Origin: Hemiscyllium ocellatum | Taxonomy: Eukaryota | NCBI RefSeq assembly: GCF_020745735.1 | Contig: NC_083409.1 | Location: forward strand, 18,248,341 to 18,312,340 | Direction of reading: 5' to 3' | DNA: 64,000 nucleotides | Part shown: positions 1 to 11,200 of the stretch, piece after piece | How the letters are laid out: every line of letters begins with the position of its first letter | Position numbering within the stretch: position 1 is the stretch's first letter | Program-made: the position numbers and the translations under genes | The notes under the pieces: generated by a model | Told to the model about the DNA's origin: nothing | The model's database searches: none | Seen by the model: the letters and a program-made list of their open reading frames with translations, nothing else

Positions 1-884
1 ACACTCACCAGCTCTTTCCTTGTGGTGTGTATTCCTTTCTGGTTGTGCATACTGAGTAAAACATCTTCACTCGTTCATTATATTACTGGCAATATTGGTG
101 ATTGATCTCACTGGTTTGAGGAGTTGTGGCATTGGAATCAAATTCAAAACCAGGTAGGAACAGGATTAAGCCAACAGCACCCTTCAGTCTGTTCTCGTAC
201 TCCTCATCATAGCTGATTTGTATCTTAACTCTGTATATTGATTTCCTAATTGTTCTGAACTGTCACTTGACCTTACAAATATCTCTCAACACTCGTATTG
301 AAATGCTGTAACAGTCACAATAGTTTTTAAGGCTGGAAGGAACCAGATTATTTTAGTATTGATGGTGTGACTAAAGGCTTCTTCACATCACCCCCCTAAT
401 CAACCTAAGTCTTATTTTCCTGCATGCCCTATTTCTGGCATGCCTCGTTAAAGGAACTAGTTTCTCACTTCCTTCGCTGTCAAATCGTTTAATCATCTCA
501 GTCACTTCTATAGATCCATCCCCTAGTCATCTTTACTCAAGGCAATGCAGGCCTCGTTTATTAAATAAAAGTAAAAAATGCTGGAAATATTCAGGTCAGA
601 CCTAATTTATGTAGCCAGTCCTTAACCTTCTCAGCCTTGGTATTGTTTTGTCCAAGAATAATTAGTGACTCTCCATTGATCTCGTAGCGAGCCCTCCAGA
701 ACTCCTGTCCAAGCTCCACTTGCTGTGTGGGAATGGCCACTTGTGTGATACTGGGCACAAGGAAAGTGGGAGGCCTGCAGTCTGAGTGATTTCAGGGCAA
801 ACGCTGCTCAGTACGAGAGGAAAGAGCTGTAACAAATAAATCTTGATATAAAAACAATAACACCCCCTCTGTTTTTTCTGGCAG

Positions 885-1049
885 GTTCAAGAGCTTTATG
901 AGGAGGAAGCCCAATGGGTGAATTATGATGAGGATGAGCTTTGTGTGAAGATGCAGTTGGCAGATTATATTTTTGAAGCTCTGATAAAAGACACAGTCAA
1001 TGTACTGAATCAGATTCAGGGGAAACAGTTAAAACTCATGTTATCCTAA
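885..1049 (+). CDS. CEP350: Duplicate of the CEP350-like terminal coding exon
   Basis: ttttctggcag|GTT CAA GAG...TAA; VQELYEEEAQWVNYDEDELCVKMQLADYIFEALIKDTVNVLNQIQGKQLKLMLS*; same as 37202-37366. Confidence 0.85.
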   Translation, partial: VQELYEEEAQWVNYDEDELCVKMQLADYIFEALIKDTVNVLNQIQGKQLKLMLS

Positions 1050-1712
1050 CATGGGCCATGCCATCGGCCAACTTGTGGACTCCAGAAAAAAAACCAAACC
1101 TCATGCCCCGAGCGGAAGAGAATCCACCTCGGCCTCTAAACCCCTCTCTCTGATTACGTTTTGACATCTGGCATAGAATTTCCTCAATAAGTAGTTGGTT
1201 TGGGATATCAATCCTTCCTGGAGTCAGCCGACTGGCAGGATGTGGATACCAGAAGTGCCAATCTTTTTCCCGACCTATTTATAGATAACCTAATCCCATT
1301 TATTTATCCAAACAATAGCATAGACTTGAATTCAAAGACTTTTGCACATTCAATTTTGTTTTTGTATTTACACCAACATTTACCTTTTTAAAAAGTATAT
1401 CTAGTGGTGTGATGATATGTGTTTGGTGTATGTTAGCTCTGAGACTCTGAACAATGGCTGATACCAGACACTGAATACTCCCTCTGAGTGAGGAGGACTA
1501 TATCTGCATGACTGAAGTGGAAGGCAGAAGTATTGAGGATTTTAAATACTTGCACTTACTTCATTATGATAAGTCTTGATTTTATTTTTTGATTTTAAAT
1601 TATTTCAGAAAGGACAATTGATTTTTATTCATTTAAAGGGACTGTATTTTTGATATTCATTTTCAGGAAAAAGTTACAAACTTTGAGCAGATTTTGAGAT
1701 CACTTGCACTGA

Positions 1713-1906
1713 TTCAGAACTTCAGAACTCTCTCTCTCTCCGTCTCTCTCTCTCTGTCTCTCCATCTCTCTCCTTCAGAACTTTCTCTGTCTCTCTCTCT
1801 CTCTCTCTTTCAGAACTCTCTCTCTCCTTCAGAACTCTCTTTCTCCTTCAGAACTCTCTTGCTCTCTCTCTCTCTCCCTCTCTCTTGCTCTCGCTCTCTT
1901 TCTCCA
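1713..1906 (+). repeat. Compound (TC)n microsatellite punctuated by TTCAGAAC (copy of 38029-38222)
   Basis: Read directly from the sequence. Confidence 0.9.
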
Positions 1907-2000
1907 TACGACAGGAACATCTTTTTCTCCCTCCTTTTTTGCCACTCCTGATCATTTCTGTTGCATGGTGCTTCTGTCTGTTAATTTTCCCTAATGTTCC

Positions 2001-5000
2001 TTTTTTTAGTGAATATTTATTGAAAAAATATTATATTATAATACAGTAATGTTGTCAATAAACTAACAACTGTTGTTCAAGAGTTGTCTCATATTTGCTG
2101 AACTTAAATCAAATCAGCACAAACTCAAATTAAATAAAATAACATGAAATTTAATTATAATCCACTAAAATTAAATTGCACGACATTGTACTATATTACA
2201 TGACTCCACTCGCCGCACCCTCCATCAAGGCTCCCGTCCACAGGAGCAACAGTGATTATACCTGTATTTACTAAAACTCCCCTCCCTCCCACCCACCAAA
2301 ACCCCTGGGTCCCCGGACTACCACATACAGCCCTCGTGCCTATATAAAGGCCCTAATCAGTACTGCTGACAGTTTCATCTTGATGTAATTTAGAAAGGGC
2401 CGCCATGCCTTATAAAATTGCTCTGTTCCGTGGTTCCCCATACTGTCAGGTAATCTTGTGGGACGTGCTCCATCACAAGTCTGTGCCACCCTGCAAGACC
2501 TGCAGGCTTTGCTGATATTCAATTCATTAGGATGTCCTTCCTCACACAATGTGTAAGAATGTTGAATAACCTCTTCCCGTACTCACCCAAAGAGGGAAGT
2601 TTCAGTCGTCCCAAAAGGGGGGACACCAGATCCTCCCAAACTTCCATTCCCAGGATTGTCTCCAGCTCATTCACTATGGCCCCCCAGGATCCCGGATCTT
2701 GTAACAGGACCAAAAGCAATGTGGAATCCCTTACCTGGAAATATCGGAAATGGTCCCAATCAGTGATTCCCTATTTCTGACCTAAATGGCTAAAAGACAT
2801 CACGACATCTCCCTCAAATAAATCTCCCAGACAGGGGATTACTTTACGTTCCCATGCTCTGAAGCCGGAGTCCTTTGATCCCAGTCTAAATCCTGGGGGT
2901 CCCACTAACGGGTTGAACGGCAAATTGCCCCCACCCTGCCACATTATTCTCCATGCTTTACTGTATTTATGATAATCAGACTTCCACAATGCACACCTAC
3001 CGATCTCATCTTATCCATGAACAGTAAGTTTCTGAAGGGATACCTCGCCTGCGAGGCCTCTACATCAAGCCACATCGTCTTTGAGTCATTACGCACCCAT
3101 TCACCTACATATAGCAACAGGGTGCCAATTTGACATCTCTTCTGATCTGGGAGGTCCACCACCCCCCTCTTATCCTGCGGAAGTTGCAACTTGGTAAATT
3201 TAATTAAGTTGTGCTGACAGTGCCAAATAAATGATCCAAGCCATTACGCAAACCTCCGCAGCACCTGGTTGGGTAATAACAAAGGGAGAATCCTCACAGG
3301 ATACAACAACCAAGGAACAACATTCACTTTAATCAAGGCTACACGGCTGAGCCATGATCTGGGTATTCCCTCCCATCGCTGCAAGTCCTGCTTTACCCTC
3401 TCAAACAGCGACACAAGGTTAGCTCCATACAGTTGTGGGAAGTGAGGGGTAATAAAAATTCCCAGATAGGGAAAACCTTTCTGTGACCATCTAAAAGGAA
3501 ACTCCATTCCGTCCTCCAGTTTCAGTACCTGCACCAATCCCCCCACAGGCAGGACTTCCGATTTTGGAAAATTTATTCTGTATCGCAAAAAGCTGTCGAA
3601 TAATTTAATGCTTTGTATTAGCTGGGGTAAGGGCTTTTCGGGGTTAGCTACAAACAGAAGGACATTGTCCACATTGAGAGTGATTTTTGTTTCCCCAACT
3701 CCTACCTTCGGTGCCGTTATTTCAGGGTCTTTTCAGACAGTCCCTGCCAGTGGTTCAAGTATCAAGGTAAACAGTAGCAGTAACAGGGGACATCCCTGTC
3801 GGCTGCCCCTCCCCACACCAAAGTTCCTCAATTTAACCCCATTCGTGATAACCGCCACTTTGGGGTCTTTATATAACACCGCCACCCACCTGGCGAAGGC
3901 CCCGCCCACACCAAAACGATCGAGAACAGCAAAGAGATACGAGCGTTTTTTCCCACCCAATTAAAAGCCTTTTCTGCCTCCAGGGAGACCAGCAAACCCG
4001 GAATCATTCTCTGCTGACATAGTTGAACTATGTGCAATACCCGCCTGATATTGTTGGAGGAGCTGCGGCCTGTGATAAAACCCATCTGCTCCTCTTTTAT
4101 AAAAACAGGCAGCACCTTCTCCAGTCTCAGAACTGACACCTTTGATAGAATTTTGAAATCCACATTCAACAACGAGGTGGGTCTATACAATGCACAATCC
4201 TCAGGGTCTTTCCCTTTGTTTCAAGTAAGGGAGATATTAGCCTCTGTAAGAGAAGGTGGAAGACAGCCCTGGCCATAGGAATGACTATACAGCTCCAGCA
4301 GTGGTTCAGCTACATGCGTATGAACTCCTTGTAAAATCCACATGGGAATCTGTCTGGACCAGGTACTGTACCACCTTGGAGCTGCCTTAACGCCTCTTGC
4401 ACCTCCTGTACTGTCAGAGGGAGGCCTGATCTGCATTTATACCAGGGAAGGCCAAGTTTTCAAAAAAAGGATTCCATTCTCACTTCTCCATCCCCACAGC
4501 CCTCTGACCGGTGTAACCCGGCATAGAACGCCCGGAATCTGGCATCGATTTTCTTCAGTTCACGAGTGACATTGCCAGTTCTCTCCCTGATAAACACAAT
4601 GGACTGCGGAGCACTTTCCTTCCTAGCCAGGTAAACCAGGGATCTACCTCACTTATCCCCATATTCAAACAGCCTTTGCTTTGCAAAGGACACCCCTCTC
4701 TTTTCCACTTGTGTGAGCGCTGAGTCCAGAGCAGCCCGGAGAGCCATGACCCGTTGTAATCTGATCCCAGGTGGTCTGGGGTAATATGCCGATTTGGCTG
4801 CCTTCAGCCGGGCCTCAAGTATCAGCTGCTGCTGTCCTCTCTGCCTCCTTCTCATTGTCAAGTGTGAAATAATCAAACCCCTTAAGAATGCTTTGGTGGT
4901 CACCCAGAGCACTGATGGGTTACTGGCCATAGCCCAATTGATGTCCCAAAATACCTTGAACTCCCTTGTGATACGCTGTACAGAGTTGACATCCTTCAAC

Positions 5001-5890
5001 AGAAACGGATTTGTGCGACATTGTTGTGTGTCTACTCCACTACCTTTGGTCTTAACACCTAAATATACTGCCAGATGGTTCGAAATAGTTACGTCCCCAA
5101 TCCTGCAGGCTAACACCAAGTCCAAACAAGCCGATGGAACAAAGAACATTTCAATTCTTGTGTGGCACTTGGGCAGGTTGGAGTAAAGGTAAAGTCCTCC
5201 CATTTGGGTGGGGGCACCTCCACACATCCACCAATCTCAACTCCTCACACAAGTCCACTAACTGCCTAGTCTGCAGAGGTGTACCCGACAGCCCCTTTGC
5301 ATCCTGTCCACCCCAGGGTCCATGAGACATAGGTCTCCTCCTATAAACATACAGCGCACCCAAGAGCCATTAACTTAAAGACTGCATTAATTAAAAATTT
5401 GAGAGGATGTGCCGCGGGACAGTAAACGTTCAGGATGCCATACTCTTCTCTTTGTACCACAGCCTTGAGAATAATGAACCATCCATGCTCATCCTTGGTT
5501 TGATCGATCACCTGAAATGGGGAGGTTCCTTCGTACCAATATGGCCACTCCTCTGCATTTGGAGTTGAAAGAGGAGAAGAATACCCTATCATATCCCCCC
5601 CCTGTTGTAACTTCAGATGTTCCCTGTCAGTCAAAAGCATATCTTGCAGTGGAGCAATGTCAACCCTTCCTTTTTAAGATTTGTGAGCACCTTTTTCCTT
5701 TTAATGGGGGAATGACTCCCCGTTATATTCCAGGTGCACCACCTGAACAGATCACTAGCCATGACCTCACACTGCAGCCCGCAGTCACCCCGAGAGGAAG
5801 GAGCCCATTCAATATGCAACGAGTGGAAAGAAACAACACAGACTTTATCAAATCTTAAGCCAATTTCGACAAACACCACCAAAACAACTT
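2001..5890 (-). mobile_element. L1-clade LINE ORF2 region, duplicate copy with extra frameshifts
   Basis: Fragments YRPTSLLNVDFKILSKV, GSRQGCPL and WNITGSHSPIKRKKVL; same as 38317-42213. Confidence 0.85.
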
Positions 5891-6996
5891 AAGACTAAAA
5901 TTGGGGCCTTGAAGACAGATATAGGGGAATATATTACGGAGAACAAAGAAATGGCAGAAGAATTGAATTGGTACTACAGATCAGTGTTCACTGGGGAAGA
6001 CACAAAACAATCTCCCTGAGGTAACAGTGGCTGAAGGACCTGAACTTAAGGGAATTTACATTTGCCAGGAATTGGTGTTGGAGAGACTGTTAGGTCTGAA
6101 GGTTGATAAGTCCCCGGGGTCTGATGGTCTACATCCCAGGGTACTGAAGGAAGTGGCTCGAGAAATTGTGGAAGCGTTGGTGATTATTTTCCAGTTTTCG
6201 ATAGATTCAGGATCAGTTCTGCGGATTGGAGGGTGGCTAATGTTGTACCACTTTTTAAGAAAGGTGGGAGAGAGAAAGCAGGAGATTATTGACAAGTTAG
6301 TCTGACCTCAGTGGTGGGAAAGATGCTGGAGTCTATTGCACAGGATGAAATTACGAAACATCTGGATAGTAATAACAGGATAGGTCATAGTCAGCATGGA
6401 TTTATGAAGGGGAAATCATGCTTGACTAATCTTCTGGAATTTTTTGAGGATGTAACTCTGAAGATGGACGAGGGAGATGCAGTAGATATAGTGTACCTGG
6501 ACTTTCAGAAAGCTTTTGATAAAGTCCCACATTGGAGGTTAGTGAGCAAAATTAGGGTGCATGGAATTCAGGGCAAAGTACTAACTTGGATTGAAAGTTG
6601 ATTGGACGACAGGATACAAAGAGTAGTGATAGAACGGCTCCATTTTGGAATGGCAGGACAGTGGACCAGTGAGGGTACCACAGGGATCAGTGCTGGGACT
6701 GCAGGTTTTCACAATTTATATCAATGATATAGAAGATGGTATCAGTCATAACATTAACAAATTTGCTGATGATGCTTACCTGTGTGGCACAGTGAATGTG
6801 AGGAGTATGTTAGGAGATTACAGGGTGACCTGGACAGGTTAGGTGAGTGATCAGATGCATGGCAGATGCAGTTCAATGTGGATAAATGTATGGTATCCAC
6901 TTTGGTGGCAAGAACAGGAAGGCAGATTACTGCCTACATGGGATCAATTTAGGTAAAGGGGCAGTACAAAGAGATCTGGGTGTTCTTGTACACCAG
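5891..6996 (+). mobile_element. CR1 LINE RT fragment, duplicate copy cut by the gap
   Basis: QHGFMKGKSCLTNLLEFF, YLDFQKAFDKVPH, VPQGSVLG, KFADD. Confidence 0.9.
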
Positions 6997-7009
6997 NNNN
7001 NNNNNNNNN
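6997..7009. other. 13-N scaffold gap
   Basis: 13 consecutive n characters. Confidence 0.99.
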
Positions 7010-8093
7010 GGCGCTTAAAAAAAAACTATAAATTTTAACTGTTAAAAAACACTAACTGGACTATACCCGCGACTTCAAAAAACGCCACCAGACAGCCGTT
7101 ACCTGCTCCGCCGAGAGAGTCTAAAGTTAAAGGCAGTCACAAGGGTATAAAGTAATAGTGAGCTAAATGGGAATGGGACGAGAGGTTAGAATGTTAAAAC
7201 AGAAGAACCTATTCAGTTATTTCATAATTCTCAACAATGTACATTTATTTATAAAAGAAATACACGATGAAAAGGTGCCAACAGCGGGGCAGAGCTAAAG
7301 GAATTGTGGGTGACAGCAAATTGAAAGAAAAGATATACAAAACTGCAAAGGTGGTGGTAGGCCAGAAAATTTGAGAATTTCAAACTATCGAAGGATGAAC
7401 AAAAAACTGCTGGAAGATACTTTGTCCCTTCTGATAGAGACTGTTATAAAATCTTACCTCCCATTATATACCTTGCTTATTTCCCACCTTTGGGATGGTA
7501 ACAGTATCTTGCAGATTAGTAAGATAATTGGGCAAATTATCCCACAAGTTACTCAGTCTAAAACAAAGTGCTCTTGTGATGCTGTGGTCATGTCTCCAAC
7601 TTTGAGCCAGAGGCCTGGATAAATCCTACCGGCTCCAGAAGTGTTGAATGGAAAGAAACATGAGACAAACTTCAGTAATTGATTGTACAATCTTGATGGT
7701 CTCTGGAAATTCCAAACTTGACTATTTTGTTTCCTGACCTGAGGCCTGATCTAAATTAACCCATCTCATTTGAACTGAATTGCCTTTGCTTGTGTTGAAT
7801 ATAATTGAAGTTTGTCCTGTCTGCACGCTCCCTTGTGCAAAACCTGTTGCAACCTGTCAAAGAACAAGATTGTAATGTCAGATTAGCTGATAGTCTGCTT
7901 AAGGGACAGTAGGTGTTGCAGTATTGATCCCATTTTCCATTGAACTGAGACAAGAGATGGTGAGCTTGCTGAGATGTCCATCACTGAAAAAATTGTTTGA
8001 ATTAAAAAAAATCTGCTTTGGCTGTGGTGGTATTGAATCCAGAGACTTAGCTAGAAGTAGCTGATCGTTGTTTCTTTCTTTGTTTCATCGTAG

Positions 8094-8216
8094 AAAGAAC
8101 GAGTGCAGCCCAACACCAGCTGGATCTGCAGAGAAACTGCCAGACACTAAAATGCGTAACTCCACTTTATTAGACAGTCTGACTGAGTCATCCAGACTCA
8201 AACATCATGATCGGAG
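8094..8216 (+). CDS. CEP350: CEP350-like exon (KNECSP...DSLTESSRLKHHDR)
   Basis: tttcatcgtag| ... CGGAG|gtggg, phase 2/2; resembles CEP350 DSYSESSGYKNHDRR. Confidence 0.7.
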
Positions 8217-11200
8217 GTGGGCTATTTATGTTCGCTGTGGATGCTTTTACATAGTACAATATTAATCCAAAACATATCTCTTGAGTACTGAAAACAACAA
8301 ATCCTGGAGATCACAGTGGGGAGGTGATGGCCCAGTGGTATTATTGCTGGACTGTTAATCCAGAGATCCAGATAACATCCCGGAGAACCGGGTTCGAATT
8401 GAATTCAATAAATATCTGGAATTAAGAATCAATGACTATGAATCCTTGTTCGATCGTTGGGAAAAACCCATCTGGTTCACTAAAATCATTTAGGTAGGAA
8501 ACTACCATCCTTGCCTAGTTTGGCCTACTCCAGACACACAGCAATGAGGTTGACACTGAACTGCCCTCTGTGCAGTTAGGGATGAGCAATAAATGCTGCC
8601 TAGTCAGTGGCACCCTCATCCCATAAACATATTATTTTTAAAAATCCCTGGAGAGAGCAAGCTAACATTTTGAGTCGAGATGACTCCTCATCAGAGCTCT
8701 GATAGAGTCATCTCGACTCAATGTTAGCTTGCTCAGTCTCCATGGATGCTGCCTCATCTGCTGTGAGCTCCAGCATTTGTTGTTTTCAGTACAGATTCCA
8801 TCATCTGCAGTAATTTCCTTATATATTTCTTCTGTATTTTGTTTATTAAATGTCCACTAAATTGCAACTCCTACTCAACACCTTCCCAACAGAGTACTGT
8901 GGTCCTGGTGCCAAAAACCTCCATTGACTTGTTCAATTACACCATACGTTGGGGAAATTGCAAAATGCCACTGTGGCTGAAAGGAATGGAATCAGAGTCA
9001 TACGACATGGAAATGGACCCTTCGGTCCAACTCGTCCATGCCAACCAAATTTCCCAAACTAAACTAGTCCAATTAGCCTGCATTTGGCCCATATTCCTCA
9101 ACCTTTCCTATTCGTGTCCCTCTCCAAATGCCTTTTGAATATTGTAACTGTACTTGCATCTCCCACTTCCGCTGGCTGTTCATTCTATGTCCGACTCAAC
9201 CTCTTTGTGAAAAAGTTGGCGACTGATGGTTTCACTGTTGCCTGCGGTGAGTGAATCGCTGGGGATTATTGTTCATTCAGGACCACCCCTTGCTGAGCAT
9301 GGCTCAGGGCCTCAAGAGATTCCTAAATGTGGCTTCGGCCTCCTTGTGGGTTACCACATGCTACTCAAGGCCTTGTGTTTGAGAAGCGCAGGGATAGGGA
9401 TATGGATGGGGGTGCTGTGGAAGGAAGGAGTCAACGTTAATTAATGAATTAATTTATGGAATGTGGATGTCACTGGCTGTGCGAACATTTATTGGCTAAT
9501 TCTAATGCCCTTGAGAAGGTGGCTGTGAGCTCCCTTTTTGAATCACTGCAGTCCATGTAGGCCGACTGGTCGTGCTGTTGGGAGGGAGTTCCAGAATTTT
9601 GGCCCAATGACACTTAAGGACAGCTGAAAGATTTACAACTCAAGATGGTAGTAGCTCGGAAGGGAACCTGTAGGTGGCGGTGTTCCCATGAATCTGCTTC
9701 CCTTGACTTCGAGATGGTACTGTCATGGGTTTGTAAGATCCATATTGAAGTGTTATGAATTTCTGCAGTGTATCTTGTTGATAGTACACACTGCTGCCCT
9801 GGGCATTAGTGGTGGAGGGAGTGAATGCAGTCTGCTTTTTCCAGCTGCCGTCAAGCTTCTTGAGTGTTCTTGGAGCTGCACCCAAACCAAGCCAAGTGGC
9901 GAATAGTCTATTGCACTTCTGACTTGAGGATTGTAGATGGTGGACAGGCTTCAGGGATTCGGGAGGTGGTTTATTTTTGCAGGATTCATTGCCTCTGACC
10001 TTCTCTTGTAGCCACAGTAGTCAGATGGCAAGTCCAGTTCAATTTCTAGTCAATAGTAACCCCCCAGAATGTTGATGGCGAGGAATTTGGTTATAAAAAT
10101 GAGTTACTAGCAGTAAATGATACCGGTTCATCAGGTTACAAAGAAAAGTTGAGCATGGGTTTATTTCTGGGGCTACAGAATGGAGATGTGTTAGATATGT
10201 GTAGAACCGTGAACAGATCACCCTTGGAGCACTGCAAACAGTTCTGATCCATTGTAATATGGATGTAGAGGCAGTAGGGAATATATTAAAAATATTATCT
10301 GGAATTATATCAAAACTGAATTTGAATCCATCAAGCAAGATTGGACAGTCTTGTCTTGTTGAAAAAGAGTATCATGGTCGACGCCATTAAGTTATGTCGG
10401 GGCTTGATAGGGTTGACATAGAAAAGACACTTCTGCTTGGGAATGACACTATCCACTGAAGCTATGGATACAATTGTAGTCACTATTACATCCAACAGGG
10501 AATTTGCTGGGGAGGAGGGTGGTGGGGAAGGTCTTTACCCAGAAAGAGGTTTGATGTCAAAATTAAACCACCAGGAATAATTGAAGCAAACAACAGATGA
10601 ATTCAAGAAGAAGCTTGGAATACAAGTGATCGAAAAAAAATATGTTGATGGGTTTAGGTGGAGAGATACAGAAGGAGGCCTATGTAAATCTCAAATACCG
10701 AGACTCTGTTTTGCGTTCTAAATCTGTGCATGTGTGTTGATCTGTGACATTTCTATGGCAGCAGTGGCAGCAGTAAACAAGACAGCCCATCCGTACCATT
10801 CTTGGAGAAAAGCAGAACCTCCCACCATACAAACAGAAACAGCTTTATTGAAGAGGTGGTTCAAACAGCAGCTGACAACTCGATCCACAGTGACAGTCTG
10901 CCTTCATTACCTGGTGAGAAAGGCGAATTCTTTAACCAGAAATGCTGTTTTGTCCTTTCACTGATCTCATGACTTAAATGGGGATTTGTGTCTCTTCAAT
11001 TAGATGATTCAAATCAACTGTCATGTAAGCACTCCTTCCATACCCAAAGGATATGTGGGTCAAATAGTAACATGTTGTGCACTAATTTATTTCAAGATTC
11101 CTTTATTCATTCATGTGCTCAAGCTATTCAATCCAACTTCCTTGTGTTCCCCTTGGATCTGTGGTTGTGCAGATGGAAACTTCCACATGTCCCCTTAAAC

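Larger units (their letters stand above)
1..6996 (+). repeat. Near-identical copy of 36319-43317 (probable assembly false duplication)
   Basis: Starts acactcaccagctc (=36319) and ends gtacaccag (=43317). ORFs recur at an offset of about 36.3 kb. Differences are mostly 1-nt indels that increase toward the gap. Confidence 0.95.

Noticed and set aside
1694-1951. Ser/Leu-rich ORF (also 38010-38267) and low-complexity ORFs at 26369-26975
   Set aside because: They are translations of simple repeats.
7010-7330. A-rich odd sequence right after the gap
   Set aside because: Likely low-quality contig-end sequence with no recognisable feature.
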